From Armatimonadota bacterium (GTDB lineage: Bacteria > Armatimonadota > UBA5829 > DTLH01), in assembly GCA_038207085.1 (NCBI GenBank), contig JBBRAE010000001.1, forward strand, positions 209,627 through 273,626: a stretch of DNA of 64,000 bases, given 5' to 3'. A program made the position numbers and the translations under genes. This document shows positions 45,978-55,686 of this stretch, in pieces. The notes beneath the pieces were generated by a model. It was not told the DNA's origin. It did no database searches and saw nothing but the letters and a program-made list of their open reading frames with translations. The stretch's first letter is position 1. Each line of letters begins with the position of its first letter.

Positions 45978-46603
45978 TGCTTGCCTATCACGGCCCGCGC
46001 TTCTGCCGGGTCTGAAAGTATGCGAATGCTTCTTAGCTGAGTGTCGGCGATAAAGGCGGCGGCGTCGATCGAAGCGACCGGACCGCGGGCCTTTATCCCG
46101 CCGTTTCCGACGATTCGGTTGTCGCGTGCATACCACTTGATCCAGCTGGCTTTGACTGTCTTGATTGAGCTCTTCGGGTCGGACGTGGTAAGCGTAACCC
46201 CGCCGCTTGCGGTCAATACGCGAGAGTTCTCGTCGACTTGAACAAGAGGAGCCACTATGGTAGCCGTCTGTTTGCCATTGCTGAAGAGCCTGGCGTTCAC
46301 GCGCTTCAAGGTGGCTTCGCCAGAGATGGTGTTACCCGAAAACTCCTGCGCGGTCGCCTTCATAGAGACTTTGCCCTTTTCTTCCCAGGATATTCGAACG
46401 ATCTGCCCGCTAACCTTGAGATCCGGAGTCTCTTTCTTGGTGAGATCGACCTCTTTTGCGGGTCTGTCCTTCGGTTTGGCGGATATTTGACCGGGTTTGG
46501 AGTTGGTGGGCTGAGGCGCACGCGCGGGCTCGGGCGACTTTCCGCACCCGGCGACGAGAGCCGATACTACAACGAGCATCCCCCACCACGATATTCTGGT
46601 CAT
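45974..46603 (-). CDS. LptC-like lipoprotein
   Basis: Lipobox LVAGC; beta-jellyroll pattern LTASGGV..IKW..RIVGNG; first gene of the lptC-A-B-FG run. Confidence 0.72.
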   Translation of the reverse strand: MTRISWWGMLVVVSALVAGCGKSPEPARAPQPTNSKPGQISAKPKDRPAKEVDLTKKETPDLKVSGQIVRISWEEKGKVSMKATAQEFSGNTISGEATLKRVNARLFSNGKQTATIVAPLVQVDENSRVLTASGGVTLTTSDPKSSIKTVKASWIKWYARDNRIVGNGGIKARGPVASIDAAAFIADTQLRSIRILSDPAEARAVIGKH

Positions 46604-46819
46604 TAGTATGATCAAGCTGCCACAGGATGTATCCCGGCCAGCAGTCTCCAATTCTACTTCTTATAAAGGACGCCACTTTCGGCGAGACCTTGCCCATCAA
46701 GTTTACCACACGCACGGGGATATCGTAAATGATGAACTTGCTCAGGCCACGTGATGAACGATCGGTGCTCAACAAAGATAAATGGGGAGGACATATCAAC
46801 AGTCCTCCCCAGTGTATTG

Positions 46820-49800
46820 TTAGTTCAAGTCGATGTAGACCAGCTTGGTCTTTCCTGGCTCGACATTGGTCTTGAGCTTGCCGGTTATCGGGTCAAGATC
46901 GCCGCCGATGCACTGGACGAACTGTGCCCAGATCTTCTCGACCTTTACGCCAAGCTTCGCCTGATTGAGCGTCATCTCAGCGTCGACAGCGGTCTTGCCG
47001 GGGTTCTCAAGCCGAATCAGAACGCTTCCGGGGCGAGTCCAGACCATCGGGGTAAGCGCTCCAGTGTCGACTTTGACAGCCGATGCAACATCACCAGCTC
47101 CAAGCTGCCTGGTTTCGGAGCGATAGAGGCCCCACTCAAGCACGGAGGTCAGATTCTCCTCCGTAAAGAGCTTCTCGTCGTAAGTGCCGTAGAGCTCGGG
47201 ACGGTCATCCCAGGTGACGAGCACATACCGAACATCGTGGTAGTTGATGTCAAAACCATCGATAAGCCCTGCAGCCTGGTCAAGCTTCGGCACGACCTGC
47301 GGCAGAAGTTTGCCCTTGTCGCCCTGCCAACTGCCGGGAACCTGCTTATCTGGCAATCCCTGATACCAGTTGTACGTATTCAGGTGACTGTCCGCGACGT
47401 GCTGCTTTTTGTAGAGATCCGAAACACGGGCCACACCGCCGTTTGGAACACCAAGCTCGTGCATATCGAGCATCAACTGACACGGACGGGCCTTCTCTTG
47501 GCCCGCAGGGTCGAGACCGTAGTTCATAACTGCAATGATCGCGGCGCCGGGGCGCGTCCAGATACTTGCGATCAGACCGTCGCCGATGTTCTTTACGACG
47601 CGCTCGTTTCTCCAGTAAGGAACAAAGTCGATATCATCACGACTGATGCCGAAGTGCCTGAACTCTGGGTGATAGAATATCCCGCCGCCCGCACACGCGC
47701 CGGAGTCGTGCATCACCGACCAGTTGTTGTTCATATACCCGAGGTGGGTGATGTGTGTGCCGAAGTTGTGTGGGCACGAGAAAGCAATCATCCTGTTTGC
47801 GGGGTACACCGTAATCGGGTCAACCATCGGAAACTCCGAGTCAACAATCGAGTCGGCAAAAGGTAGCGCCTTGAGGCTGATCGCGTTGGTGGAGTGACCC
47901 GACACGCCGCCGGGATACAGGTTGTTCTCCTGCATCATCGACCAAACCCGCTTATACCATTCACGAAGCGTCCCGCACATCCCACCGGGCTGCACACGGC
48001 CGTCTTCGAGCTGATAACCGAGTCCTGCAGTCAGAGAGGGGAAAACTTTTACCATGCTGATATCAAAATAGAAGTGGCGCACGCCGCCTTCTTTGACCTG
48101 CTTGTCCATAAGCCAGGTCATATAGTCGGTGTAAGACTTGTTGAGCGACTCCTCGCCCGGCACCCAGTCGGCCTTGAAATAGTCGTAAAGGCCAGGCTCG
48201 ACGGTCTTATCCATGTAGCCACGAAGCGCGATCTGGTTACAAGTGAATGTGCGGAGCCTATCTGCAATGCCTGTATACTCGCTCTTTGCGACCATTCCAT
48301 CAGATACTTCTTTGCAGTACTTGTAATACTCCGGCCAGCGCTTGTGATCTTCAAATGGAGGGCTGAGAATAGAGAAGTAGTCTCTACCCGTATCCCAGTT
48401 AACTTTCCACTTGCCACCTGAGAAACCGTTGCAGGCTGAGACTTGATTGAGTCGCCAGCCTTTGGCAAGCGGCTTGAACGGGCTTGCGTTGTACTGAAGC
48501 TGGACGGTCCTCGGAGCAACGAGAACAAACGGCTGCTCACCGGACTGTGTGTTGATGATGTGGTTTCTGATCGCAAGTGATCTTTTTTCGCGGAAGAGCG
48601 AGTGTGCAGGAGCCATGTTGCTCGGCACCCACCCCTTGTCGCTGTCAGCGGCCCACAGGAGGCCTCTCATCTCGTTTCCGACCCAGAGGTTATCGTAGAA
48701 GTTGCCGATGGTCATCCCACTTCCAACAGTGCCGAGCGCGTCAAGCGTGTTCCACACCTGGCCGATGCCATCCGGGGCTTGGTCGAGGAACCGTGCGGAG
48801 TAGTTGCCGCCAACGCCGACGCATGCAACGTAGTTGGACTGCGTGTCATCGATCGGCCACTCGACTCGAAGTGACTGTATCGCGACGGCGCGCACAGTCG
48901 GGGCGTAGGTGAGTTCGATATTGACCAACCCATCCTGCTCCATCCACCCCTTGGTGGTGAACTGTATGCCCGCCGCTATGGATTTGCCGGAGAACTCGAC
49001 TCTGTAGTCCTTGGCGCTCGTGATGGCAAGTTTGCTTGTGGTGGGAACCACGGTCTCGACGCCGTTGATCGTCACGACGATACGCGCAGGCTTCGCCATA
49101 ACGTAACCCCCGTTCGATTTGATCTGAACGGGCAGACCAAGGCCGTCGAACTCGTAAACCCTGCCGACACACGACACAGCGGTCTCTGAGAAGCTGCCAC
49201 GCGCAAGCTGCAGCGGCACAAATGGCTTCAGCACCCGGCTTGTGTCGCCGATCTTGTTGTTCCACCACTGAGCGAAGTCTTTAGCTTCGTCCTTCTTCGC
49301 GAATGTCGTGTCACGAGTTAGCACAACCTTGCCGTTTTCGTCGAGCATGGAAAGAGACAGTTTGTAAGTCCCAGGCGCAAGCTGTGGAAGCTCGATCAGC
49401 TTCTCGTATTTGTAGAGCACCAGCTTATCCACTTTACCGCTTGATATCTCTTTGCCGGACGGATCAAGCACGGAGTAGGTCATTGCCGCGAACTTTGCGC
49501 CCTCTGGGGCCTCCGAGTCAAGAGTGTCGCCGCTCACCCAGAGGCAGGAACGCACAGGGTTGAACAGGGTTTCCATACGAAACGCCTCTTTGACAGGCGT
49601 GTAGTTCAAATAGTCTTTCTTAGTGTCCTTGGCGAAATTGACAAAGTATTTGTAAATCGTATTGCCGCCACTTGTGATGACAAGGCTGTAAGTCCCGGAG
49701 CCGACTCCGGCAAATGATCTGTCTACGTCAAAACGCAGCGACCCCGACGCGGGGATACTGAGATCCCGCTGCTGGTTCAGCACGGTGGAGCCGTCCTTGC

Positions 49801-50671
49801 CATCGACTTTCAGCGCAACGCTCACGTCGCGCATGTCGTCGGTTGGGTTGTAAATGACCGATTTCAGGTCGAGCTTCTCGTCATCGAGACCAGTAAACTT
49901 CTCGATCTGCACATACGGGTCGACAGAACTGAGAGTTGCAGTCGGAAAGCCAAACGACTGCAAATACCCGGAAGCCGATGGGAAACACGCCCACTCCCAA
50001 CCGGGGTTCTTGAGGTCGGTGCCGAGCAGTATCTTCAGCTTGTCCCCTGCCTTCATAGGTTCAGGAAGTTGTAGGTCCTTGAGATTGTATGACATCTCAA
50101 GCTCCCAGAAGCGCCCATCCGGCCTGTCGTGGACCACAGAGCCGATCTTGTTGTCCGGAGTCCAGTTGTAGAGGTACTGTCCGATCGAAGGGTACATCTT
50201 GAGATACTCGCCGGACCCAAGGGAGTTGATGATAAACTTGAAGAAGCTTTCCGCCTCGCCGGCGAGCTTGTTTCGTCCCAGAAAGTCGAGCCCAATTTCT
50301 ATCGAGTCGTCGAACACCGTCGCCGACGAATAACGTTCCCGTTTGCCCCTGTAGAGCTTGTGTCCAGGCAGAATGTGGGCACGGGCGGCGATGTAGATGT
50401 GCTCGGTATCCCAGCCCAGGTAGAACGCATGCGGCCTGCCGTAGTAACTGTTGCCACCGACGTTGGCCATCCCCATCACACGGACTGCCTGCCGCCACTC
50501 AGACGGGTCGAGGTTTCCGTCGATCGTCGGGGCTTTTGACATCTGTGGGATAGAAAACGCTGGGACCTGCTCCTGAGGGAACATCCATCCCGCGTTCGCC
50601 CCGGTCTGCGCATACGACATCGTACATGCGATTGCCAGCAGCAATGCTACAGGCAGAAAGCGTCTAACCAT
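46820..50671 (-). CDS. Large secreted putative glycoside hydrolase (N-terminal CBM9-like domain, DUF6067-like core)
   Basis: GGAGG RBS, signal peptide, APTIDGNLDPSEW, EQDGLV and LWVGNEMRGLLW.ADSDKGW segments. Confidence 0.7.
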   Translation of the reverse strand: MVRRFLPVALLLAIACTMSYAQTGANAGWMFPQEQVPAFSIPQMSKAPTIDGNLDPSEWRQAVRVMGMANVGGNSYYGRPHAFYLGWDTEHIYIAARAHILPGHKLYRGKRERYSSATVFDDSIEIGLDFLGRNKLAGEAESFFKFIINSLGSGEYLKMYPSIGQYLYNWTPDNKIGSVVHDRPDGRFWELEMSYNLKDLQLPEPMKAGDKLKILLGTDLKNPGWEWACFPSASGYLQSFGFPTATLSSVDPYVQIEKFTGLDDEKLDLKSVIYNPTDDMRDVSVALKVDGKDGSTVLNQQRDLSIPASGSLRFDVDRSFAGVGSGTYSLVITSGGNTIYKYFVNFAKDTKKDYLNYTPVKEAFRMETLFNPVRSCLWVSGDTLDSEAPEGAKFAAMTYSVLDPSGKEISSGKVDKLVLYKYEKLIELPQLAPGTYKLSLSMLDENGKVVLTRDTTFAKKDEAKDFAQWWNNKIGDTSRVLKPFVPLQLARGSFSETAVSCVGRVYEFDGLGLPVQIKSNGGYVMAKPARIVVTINGVETVVPTTSKLAITSAKDYRVEFSGKSIAAGIQFTTKGWMEQDGLVNIELTYAPTVRAVAIQSLRVEWPIDDTQSNYVACVGVGGNYSARFLDQAPDGIGQVWNTLDALGTVGSGMTIGNFYDNLWVGNEMRGLLWAADSDKGWVPSNMAPAHSLFREKRSLAIRNHIINTQSGEQPFVLVAPRTVQLQYNASPFKPLAKGWRLNQVSACNGFSGGKWKVNWDTGRDYFSILSPPFEDHKRWPEYYKYCKEVSDGMVAKSEYTGIADRLRTFTCNQIALRGYMDKTVEPGLYDYFKADWVPGEESLNKSYTDYMTWLMDKQVKEGGVRHFYFDISMVKVFPSLTAGLGYQLEDGRVQPGGMCGTLREWYKRVWSMMQENNLYPGGVSGHSTNAISLKALPFADSIVDSEFPMVDPITVYPANRMIAFSCPHNFGTHITHLGYMNNNWSVMHDSGACAGGGIFYHPEFRHFGISRDDIDFVPYWRNERVVKNIGDGLIASIWTRPGAAIIAVMNYGLDPAGQEKARPCQLMLDMHELGVPNGGVARVSDLYKKQHVADSHLNTYNWYQGLPDKQVPGSWQGDKGKLLPQVVPKLDQAAGLIDGFDINYHDVRYVLVTWDDRPELYGTYDEKLFTEENLTSVLEWGLYRSETRQLGAGDVASAVKVDTGALTPMVWTRPGSVLIRLENPGKTAVDAEMTLNQAKLGVKVEKIWAQFVQCIGGDLDPITGKLKTNVEPGKTKLVYIDLN

Positions 50672-51057
50672 TAACTCAACCTCCTGTTTGTGCCGCGAGA
50701 CACCAGTCCCCCAGCCTCACCATTATCCATAAGTAGACAGTTCTGATAGACGTAAAGCAGCCACATCAATTGCCAAACCCATATTGTTCACGCTGTGGCA
50801 GCGAAACTATACCGGCCAGTAATCGCTCTGGTTGCTGCTTCAGTTTAGCAGAGGCTCACGGCAAAATCAACAAATATCGATAGGCAAAAGGTTGACATGT
50901 GCCTGCCAACTAACGGATAATCCTAGCGTAAGCTGCAGCCGACCAACGTAGTCAACAGTTGTTCAGTCGCCACACTCGCAACCACGCGACCGCTGTCATC
51001 AATTATGGCCCCACAGGTAGCGAGGACGACTGTGTATTTACAATCAGGAGAATACAA

Positions 51058-51810
51058 ATGAGTGAAGAGCAAAGCGCACGCGTCGCCATAGTCACCGGTG
51101 GCGCGCAAGGCATTGGCCGTGCCATCTGCATGGCGCTTGCAAGAGACGGCTCCGACATCGTGGTCGCCGATCTCAACATTGGCGTCGCACAGCAGACTGC
51201 CGCCGAGATTAAATCGTCAGGACGTCGCGCAATCGCGGTTCGCACCGATGTGTCAAGTGAAGAATCCGTAAAGAGCCTGTATGCTGAAGTTATGAGGGAG
51301 TTTGGCAGAGTCGACATACTCGTCAACAACGCGGGTATCTGCTACATGCGCCCGATCCTTGAGACGGAGGTCGATGAGTGGAACCGCGTGCTTGCAGTGA
51401 ATCTGCTAGGCACATTCCTGATGAGTCGAGAAGGCTTCAAGCTTATGAAAGAGCAGCGAAGCGGCAAGATCATCAGCATGGGGTCGGCCGCCGCCAAGAT
51501 TGGCGGGGTCGCCGCTGGAGCGCACTACGCGGCGTCCAAAGCTGGGGTCGTCTGCTTTACCAAGTCGCTAGCCCTGCAGGCTGCGCCGTTCAAGATCAAC
51601 GTCAACGCCGTATGCCCAGGCCCGACCGCAACTGAAATGACCGACGCCTGGGGTGACGACATCAACACGACTTTTGCATCCAACATCCCGTGGAAAGAGT
51701 ATGCAAAGCCTGAAGATATAGCTGAAGCCGTCGCGTTTCTCGCCTCAGACCGCGCCCGCTACATCACAGGAGAGATCCTCGATGTAAACGGCGGACTGGT
51801 GATGGATTAG
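51058..51810 (+). CDS. Classical short-chain dehydrogenase/reductase (FabG-like)
   Basis: TGGAQGIG, NNAG, YAASK and NAVCPG; AGGAG RBS. Confidence 0.95.
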   Translation: MSEEQSARVAIVTGGAQGIGRAICMALARDGSDIVVADLNIGVAQQTAAEIKSSGRRAIAVRTDVSSEESVKSLYAEVMREFGRVDILVNNAGICYMRPILETEVDEWNRVLAVNLLGTFLMSREGFKLMKEQRSGKIISMGSAAAKIGGVAAGAHYAASKAGVVCFTKSLALQAAPFKINVNAVCPGPTATEMTDAWGDDINTTFASNIPWKEYAKPEDIAEAVAFLASDRARYITGEILDVNGGLVMD

Positions 51811-51834
51811 CCACCCCCAGCCCACCATAAATAG

Positions 51835-51872
51835 ATAAAGCCCGCTAGAGCTAATGCTAGAGTGGGCTTTAT
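51835..51872. terminator. Bidirectional terminator candidate between SDR and tRNA-Ser
   Basis: ATAAAGCCC..CTAG / CTAG..GGGCTTTAT inverted repeat. Confidence 0.6.
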
Positions 51873-51903
51873 ATACGATCAATTCATTTTCAGACAGACA
51901 TAA

Positions 51904-51991
51904 TGGCGGAGAGGAAAGGATTCGAACCTTCGATACCTTGCGGTATAACGGTTTTCGAGACCGCCGCTTTCGACCACTCAGCCACCTCTCC
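51904..51991 (-). tRNA. tRNA-Ser (anticodon CGA)
   Basis: GGAGAGGTGGCTGAGTGG..GCGGT-CT-CGA-AA-ACCGT, long variable arm, GGTTCGAATCC, encoded CCA; promoter TTGCCT-N17-TATAAT at 52054-52026. Confidence 0.97.
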
Positions 51992-52246
51992 GTAAACTGT
52001 TGCTTGAGCGTAAAACGAACGGGATATTATACCACGCACTAGGCTGAAAGGCAACATCTTCAAATCACTTTTCAAATGTGTTTTCAAACGAGTATTTTCC
52101 AAATGCGTCTTTTGGCCTACAGGCCGAGATACTTCCCGACCGTCTGTGCTGCTTCCTGCTGCATACTTGGGATGACGTGGGAGTATACCTCAATCTCACA
52201 CAGGCCCATCATTAGGCAGTGGGGTCTCTAAAAGGCGTCTTTATAG

Positions 52247-52337
52247 TAGTGGGTCACTTGCCATTCATTACGCCATTCGGGATTCGGAAATCGCCACCCA
52301 ACAAAAAAGCATGATTTATCATCAGTGAACGCAGTAG
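52247..52337. mobile_element. MITE-like element, family B copy 2 (shorter, degenerate right end)
   Basis: TAGTGGGTCACTTGCCATTCATTACGCCATTCGGGATTCGGAAATCGCCACCCAACAA matches the reverse complement of 4361-4484 minus an internal segment. Confidence 0.65.
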
Positions 52338-52388
52338 GCAACCACTTGTTTGGTGGCAATTAGAGCATAAGAGCACGACAGTGATGGT

Positions 52389-52550
52389 TTGACGAATCAG
52401 GGGTAGTCGGTGTATACTTTAGTCACGCCAAGAAGGCGCGATTGTGTCGGCTGAAGCCGCGCGAACCTATAATCACAGATTAATCTATTACGGGCCATGA
52501 AGGCGGCACCCAGAACACGGGTGGCGGACTTGATGGCCTTTTGCTACTTT
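52389..52550 (+). promoter_or_regulatory. Promoter and structured leader with terminator-like hairpin upstream of larE
   Basis: TTGACG-N18-TATACT (52389-52418); small hairpins CGCC/GGCG and CGGC/GCCG; GGCCAT..CACCC/GGGTG..ATGGCC followed by TTTT. Confidence 0.5.
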
Positions 52551-52562
52551 TGGTGAGGATAT

Positions 52563-53387
52563 ATGGAAAATCTGAACGGGAAACTTGAAGCGCTAAAGTC
52601 TATTATTGGCGAGATGAGCGGCGTTGTGATCGGTTACTCCGGAGGTGTGGACAGCACTCTGCTTGCCGCTGTTGCTACGTCCGTTCTCGGTGACCAGGCG
52701 ATATGCGTGCTTGCATCTTCGGCGACTTATCCGTCTTCTGAGGTGCTCGAAGCTGTTGAAACCGCAGAACGGCTCGGCTTGAACATTATCAGAATCGACA
52801 CCGACGAACTATCAAACGAAGATTTCGCAGCAAACACTCCCGATCGTTGCTTTTTCTGCAAGACCGAACTCTTCGGGAAACTCGTTGAGATCGGTCGTGA
52901 GCACGGCGTGGAGTGGGTGGCAGACGGCTCGAATGTCGACGATCTAGACGACTATCGGCCAGGCAGTCGAGCGGCGGCCCAGCTTGGTGTGTGCAGTCCG
53001 CTCAGGGATGCTGGCTTCAGTAAGGACGACATCCGCGTGCTTTCCAAAGCGATGGGATTGCCGACCTGGGACAAGCCGTCGTTCGCATGCCTCTCTTCGA
53101 GGATACCTTACGGCACGAAGATCGAGCCTGCTATACTTAGTCGGCTCGACGAAGCTGAGCGCTTCATGAAGGAACTGGGGTTTCGGCAGGTGCGGGTTCG
53201 CCACCACGGAGACATCGCCCGCATTGAGGTCGAGCCCGATGAGATTTCCCGTCTGGCCTCTCCTGAAGTGCGTTCGGCTGTTACAGAGAAGTTTAAGGAA
53301 TTGCAGTATCTTTATACAACATTAGACCTTAAAGGCTACCGCACAGGGAGTATGAACGCGGTTCTTGGGAAGGGTGGAGAAGAGTAA
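52563..53387 (+). CDS. larE: ATP-dependent sulfur transferase LarE
   Basis: PP-loop SGGVDS, DRCFFCK, DYRPG, SPL, ACLSSRIPYG, RVRHHG and GYRTGSMN. Confidence 0.95.
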   Translation: MENLNGKLEALKSIIGEMSGVVIGYSGGVDSTLLAAVATSVLGDQAICVLASSATYPSSEVLEAVETAERLGLNIIRIDTDELSNEDFAANTPDRCFFCKTELFGKLVEIGREHGVEWVADGSNVDDLDDYRPGSRAAAQLGVCSPLRDAGFSKDDIRVLSKAMGLPTWDKPSFACLSSRIPYGTKIEPAILSRLDEAERFMKELGFRQVRVRHHGDIARIEVEPDEISRLASPEVRSAVTEKFKELQYLYTTLDLKGYRTGSMNAVLGKGGEE

Positions 53388-53389
53388 AA

Positions 53390-54148
53390 ATGGACATCGA
53401 ACGCCTTAGAACTATGCTGGAGGGGGTGCAGTCGGGAGAGGTGCAAATAGACGATGCGCTAACCGACCTGCGAGGTTTGCCCTACGATGATATCGGCTAT
53501 GCCAAGCTGGATTTTCATAGAAGTGTGCGAACAGGGTTTCCCGAGGTAGTGTTCTGTCAGGGCAAGACATGCGAGCAGTCGGTGGAGATTGTCAAGCGTC
53601 TTGCGGCGCGCAATTCGACTGTTCTTGCGACCCGTGTCCCCCCAGAGGTTGCTGAAGAGATTCTGTCAGCTGTGGAGGGCTGCACATACCACAAGCTTGC
53701 CCGGATTGTCGTGTATAAAGGTCCCTCTGAGAGTCTTACGGTGCCCAAGGATGACCCCAACTATATTATGGTGCTCTGTGCCGGGACCGCTGATGTGCCT
53801 GTTGCCGAAGAGGCTGCGATCACTGCGGAGGCAATGGGCAGCCGAGTCGAGCGCGCCTACGATGTAGGAGTCGCTGGGCTTCACAGGCTGCTCGATCAGC
53901 GCGAACGAGTCACAGGCGCGAATGCCCTTATCGTGGTAGCTGGGATGGAAGGAGCGCTTGCAAGCGTGGTCGGCGGCATGGTATCCCGACCGGTAGTGGC
54001 GGTTCCGACGAGCGTCGGGTATGGCGCAAGCTTCGGTGGACTAGCTGCGCTTCTTGCAATGTTGAACTCCTGTGCGGCGGGAATCGTCGTCACAAACATA
54101 GATAACGGTTTTGGAGCGGGCTATTTCGCCCATTTGGTGAACAGATGA
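53390..54148 (+). CDS. larB: Nickel-pincer cofactor carboxylase/hydrolase LarB
   Basis: GFPEVVFCQGK, AGTADVPVAEEA, DVGVAGLHR, AGMEGALASV, PTSVGYGA and NIDNGFGA. Confidence 0.96.
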   Translation: MDIERLRTMLEGVQSGEVQIDDALTDLRGLPYDDIGYAKLDFHRSVRTGFPEVVFCQGKTCEQSVEIVKRLAARNSTVLATRVPPEVAEEILSAVEGCTYHKLARIVVYKGPSESLTVPKDDPNYIMVLCAGTADVPVAEEAAITAEAMGSRVERAYDVGVAGLHRLLDQRERVTGANALIVVAGMEGALASVVGGMVSRPVVAVPTSVGYGASFGGLAALLAMLNSCAAGIVVTNIDNGFGAGYFAHLVNR

Positions 54149-55317
54149 AGATTGCATATTTCGATTGTTTTGCAGGAATCAGCGGGGACATGACTCTTGG
54201 CGCATTGATCGCAGTTGGGGCCGACCCGGTAGTGCTTGGGGAGCGTTTGCACGGGCTTGGCGTCCACGGCTACAAGCTTGAGATCGAGCGCAGGGTTAAG
54301 GGGCATATCGACGCGACCAACGTCTACGTGCACGTCGATCAGGATCATCACCACCATCACAGACGGCTTGGTGACATACTGGCAATAATCGATGCGGCCG
54401 AGCTCTCGGATTATGTCAAGACGACTGCTTCAGACATCTTCAAACGGCTTGCAAAAGCTGAGGCTAAAGTCCACGGCGCGACTGTTGAAGATGTTCACTT
54501 CCACGAGGTCGGCGCGGTAGATGCGATCGTTGACATTGTCGGCTCTGCTATTTGCCTTGAGATGATAGGCTGCCCAAAGGTCGTTGCAAGCCCGATGCCT
54601 ACTTTCCACGGCTACGCGACTGCGGCACACGGAACGTTTCCGCTGCCCGCGCCTGCGACTGCTGAGATCCTGCAGGGAGTGCCTTGGAGGCAGCTAGGAA
54701 TCGAAGGAGAGCTCGTCACACCGACTGGGGCTGCGATTATCACTACGATCGCAGAGGAGTTCGGTCCGATGCCGGCAATGTGCGTCTCACGGGTAGGGTA
54801 TGGCTCCGGGAAGTCGGAGTTGCAGATCCCAAACGTGCTGCGCGTGATGATCGGCGAAGTCGCTGAAGATGTGCCTGCTCCGGTCAAAGTAAGTGTTATT
54901 GAGGCCAATATAGATGATCTGAACCCGCAGTTCTACGATACTGTGATGGAGCGGCTATTTGCCACAGGTGCGCTCGACGTGTATCTGAGCCCAATTCAGA
55001 TGAAGAAGAACCGTCCAGCGACGTTGTTATCTGTTATATCCGCGCCTGAAAAGGTAGAGGCGCTGACGGACGTTATTCTTTCTGAGACGTCATCCCTCGG
55101 CGTTCGGATATCAAGCCGGGACCGTGTGTGTATTGACCGTCGATGGGAGATCGTTGAGACGGGCTACGGGGAAGTGCGAATAAAGATAGGTGAGTCAGGC
55201 GGTCGAGTTTTGACAGCATCTCCGGAGTATGACGACTGCAAGCGCGTGTCATTGGAGAAGGGTGTTCCGATCAAGACTATATATGATCTGGCAGTATCCG
55301 CCTACCGAAAATTCTAA
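54145..55317 (+). CDS. larC: Nickel insertase (cyclometallase) LarC, single uninterrupted ORF
   Basis: GISGDM.LGAL, His-rich HHHHH, VHFHEVGAVD, PAPAT, GELVTPTGAA, MKKNRP and PEYDDC. Confidence 0.96.
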   Translation: MKIAYFDCFAGISGDMTLGALIAVGADPVVLGERLHGLGVHGYKLEIERRVKGHIDATNVYVHVDQDHHHHHRRLGDILAIIDAAELSDYVKTTASDIFKRLAKAEAKVHGATVEDVHFHEVGAVDAIVDIVGSAICLEMIGCPKVVASPMPTFHGYATAAHGTFPLPAPATAEILQGVPWRQLGIEGELVTPTGAAIITTIAEEFGPMPAMCVSRVGYGSGKSELQIPNVLRVMIGEVAEDVPAPVKVSVIEANIDDLNPQFYDTVMERLFATGALDVYLSPIQMKKNRPATLLSVISAPEKVEALTDVILSETSSLGVRISSRDRVCIDRRWEIVETGYGEVRIKIGESGGRVLTASPEYDDCKRVSLEKGVPIKTIYDLAVSAYRKF

Positions 55318-55346
55318 TTGACGATGGCACCGTGCAGTGATATAAT
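55318..55346 (+). promoter_or_regulatory. sigma70 promoter of tRNA-Ala
   Basis: TTGACG-N17-TATAAT. Confidence 0.75.
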
Positions 55347-55359
55347 TACGGTGCTTCGT

Positions 55360-55435
55360 GGGGCTGTGGCTCAGTTGGGAGAGCGCTTCCCTCGCACGGA
55401 AGAGGTCGTGAGTTCGAATCTCATCAGCTCCACCA
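55360..55435 (+). tRNA. tRNA-Ala (anticodon CGC)
   Basis: GGGGCTG/CAGCTCC acceptor stem with G3-U70, CTTCC-CT-CGC-AC-GGAAG anticodon arm, GTTCGAATC, encoded CCA. Confidence 0.97.
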
Positions 55436-55440
55436 AAGAT

Positions 55441-55480
55441 GAACCGGAAAACTATCTCTCGATGGTTTTCCGGTTTTTTG
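55441..55480 (+). terminator. Intrinsic terminator after tRNA-Ala
   Basis: AACCGGAAAACTATC / GATGGTTTTCCGGTT followed by T-run. Confidence 0.8.
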
Positions 55481-55686
55481 CGTTTTGGGCATGAATGAGG
55501 GCCGCTGCGCGTGGAATTGAACATGAAATGGTGTCACTGGCGCGCAATCATCGACGGAAAGACGTGAACGGGGTCGACAAAGTGTTGCCGATACACCCGC
55601 TGTTTTCTCTCTGTTTGCATGAGCTCTCTCTTGTGTAGTCGAGGGTCTTGACAAAGAAGCCTGCTGGGCATACAGTCTTGACGAAG

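Noticed and set aside
46751..47866. Long antisense ORFs (371 aa here; also 10170-11255, 25097-25897, 58701-59537, 62528-63364)
   Set aside because: Shadows of well-supported genes in GC-rich DNA, with no recognisable motifs or RBS.
51904..55435. Integrative element or prophage at either tRNA
   Set aside because: I saw no integrase, phage genes or duplicated tRNA 3' end in the window; the genes between are larEBC.
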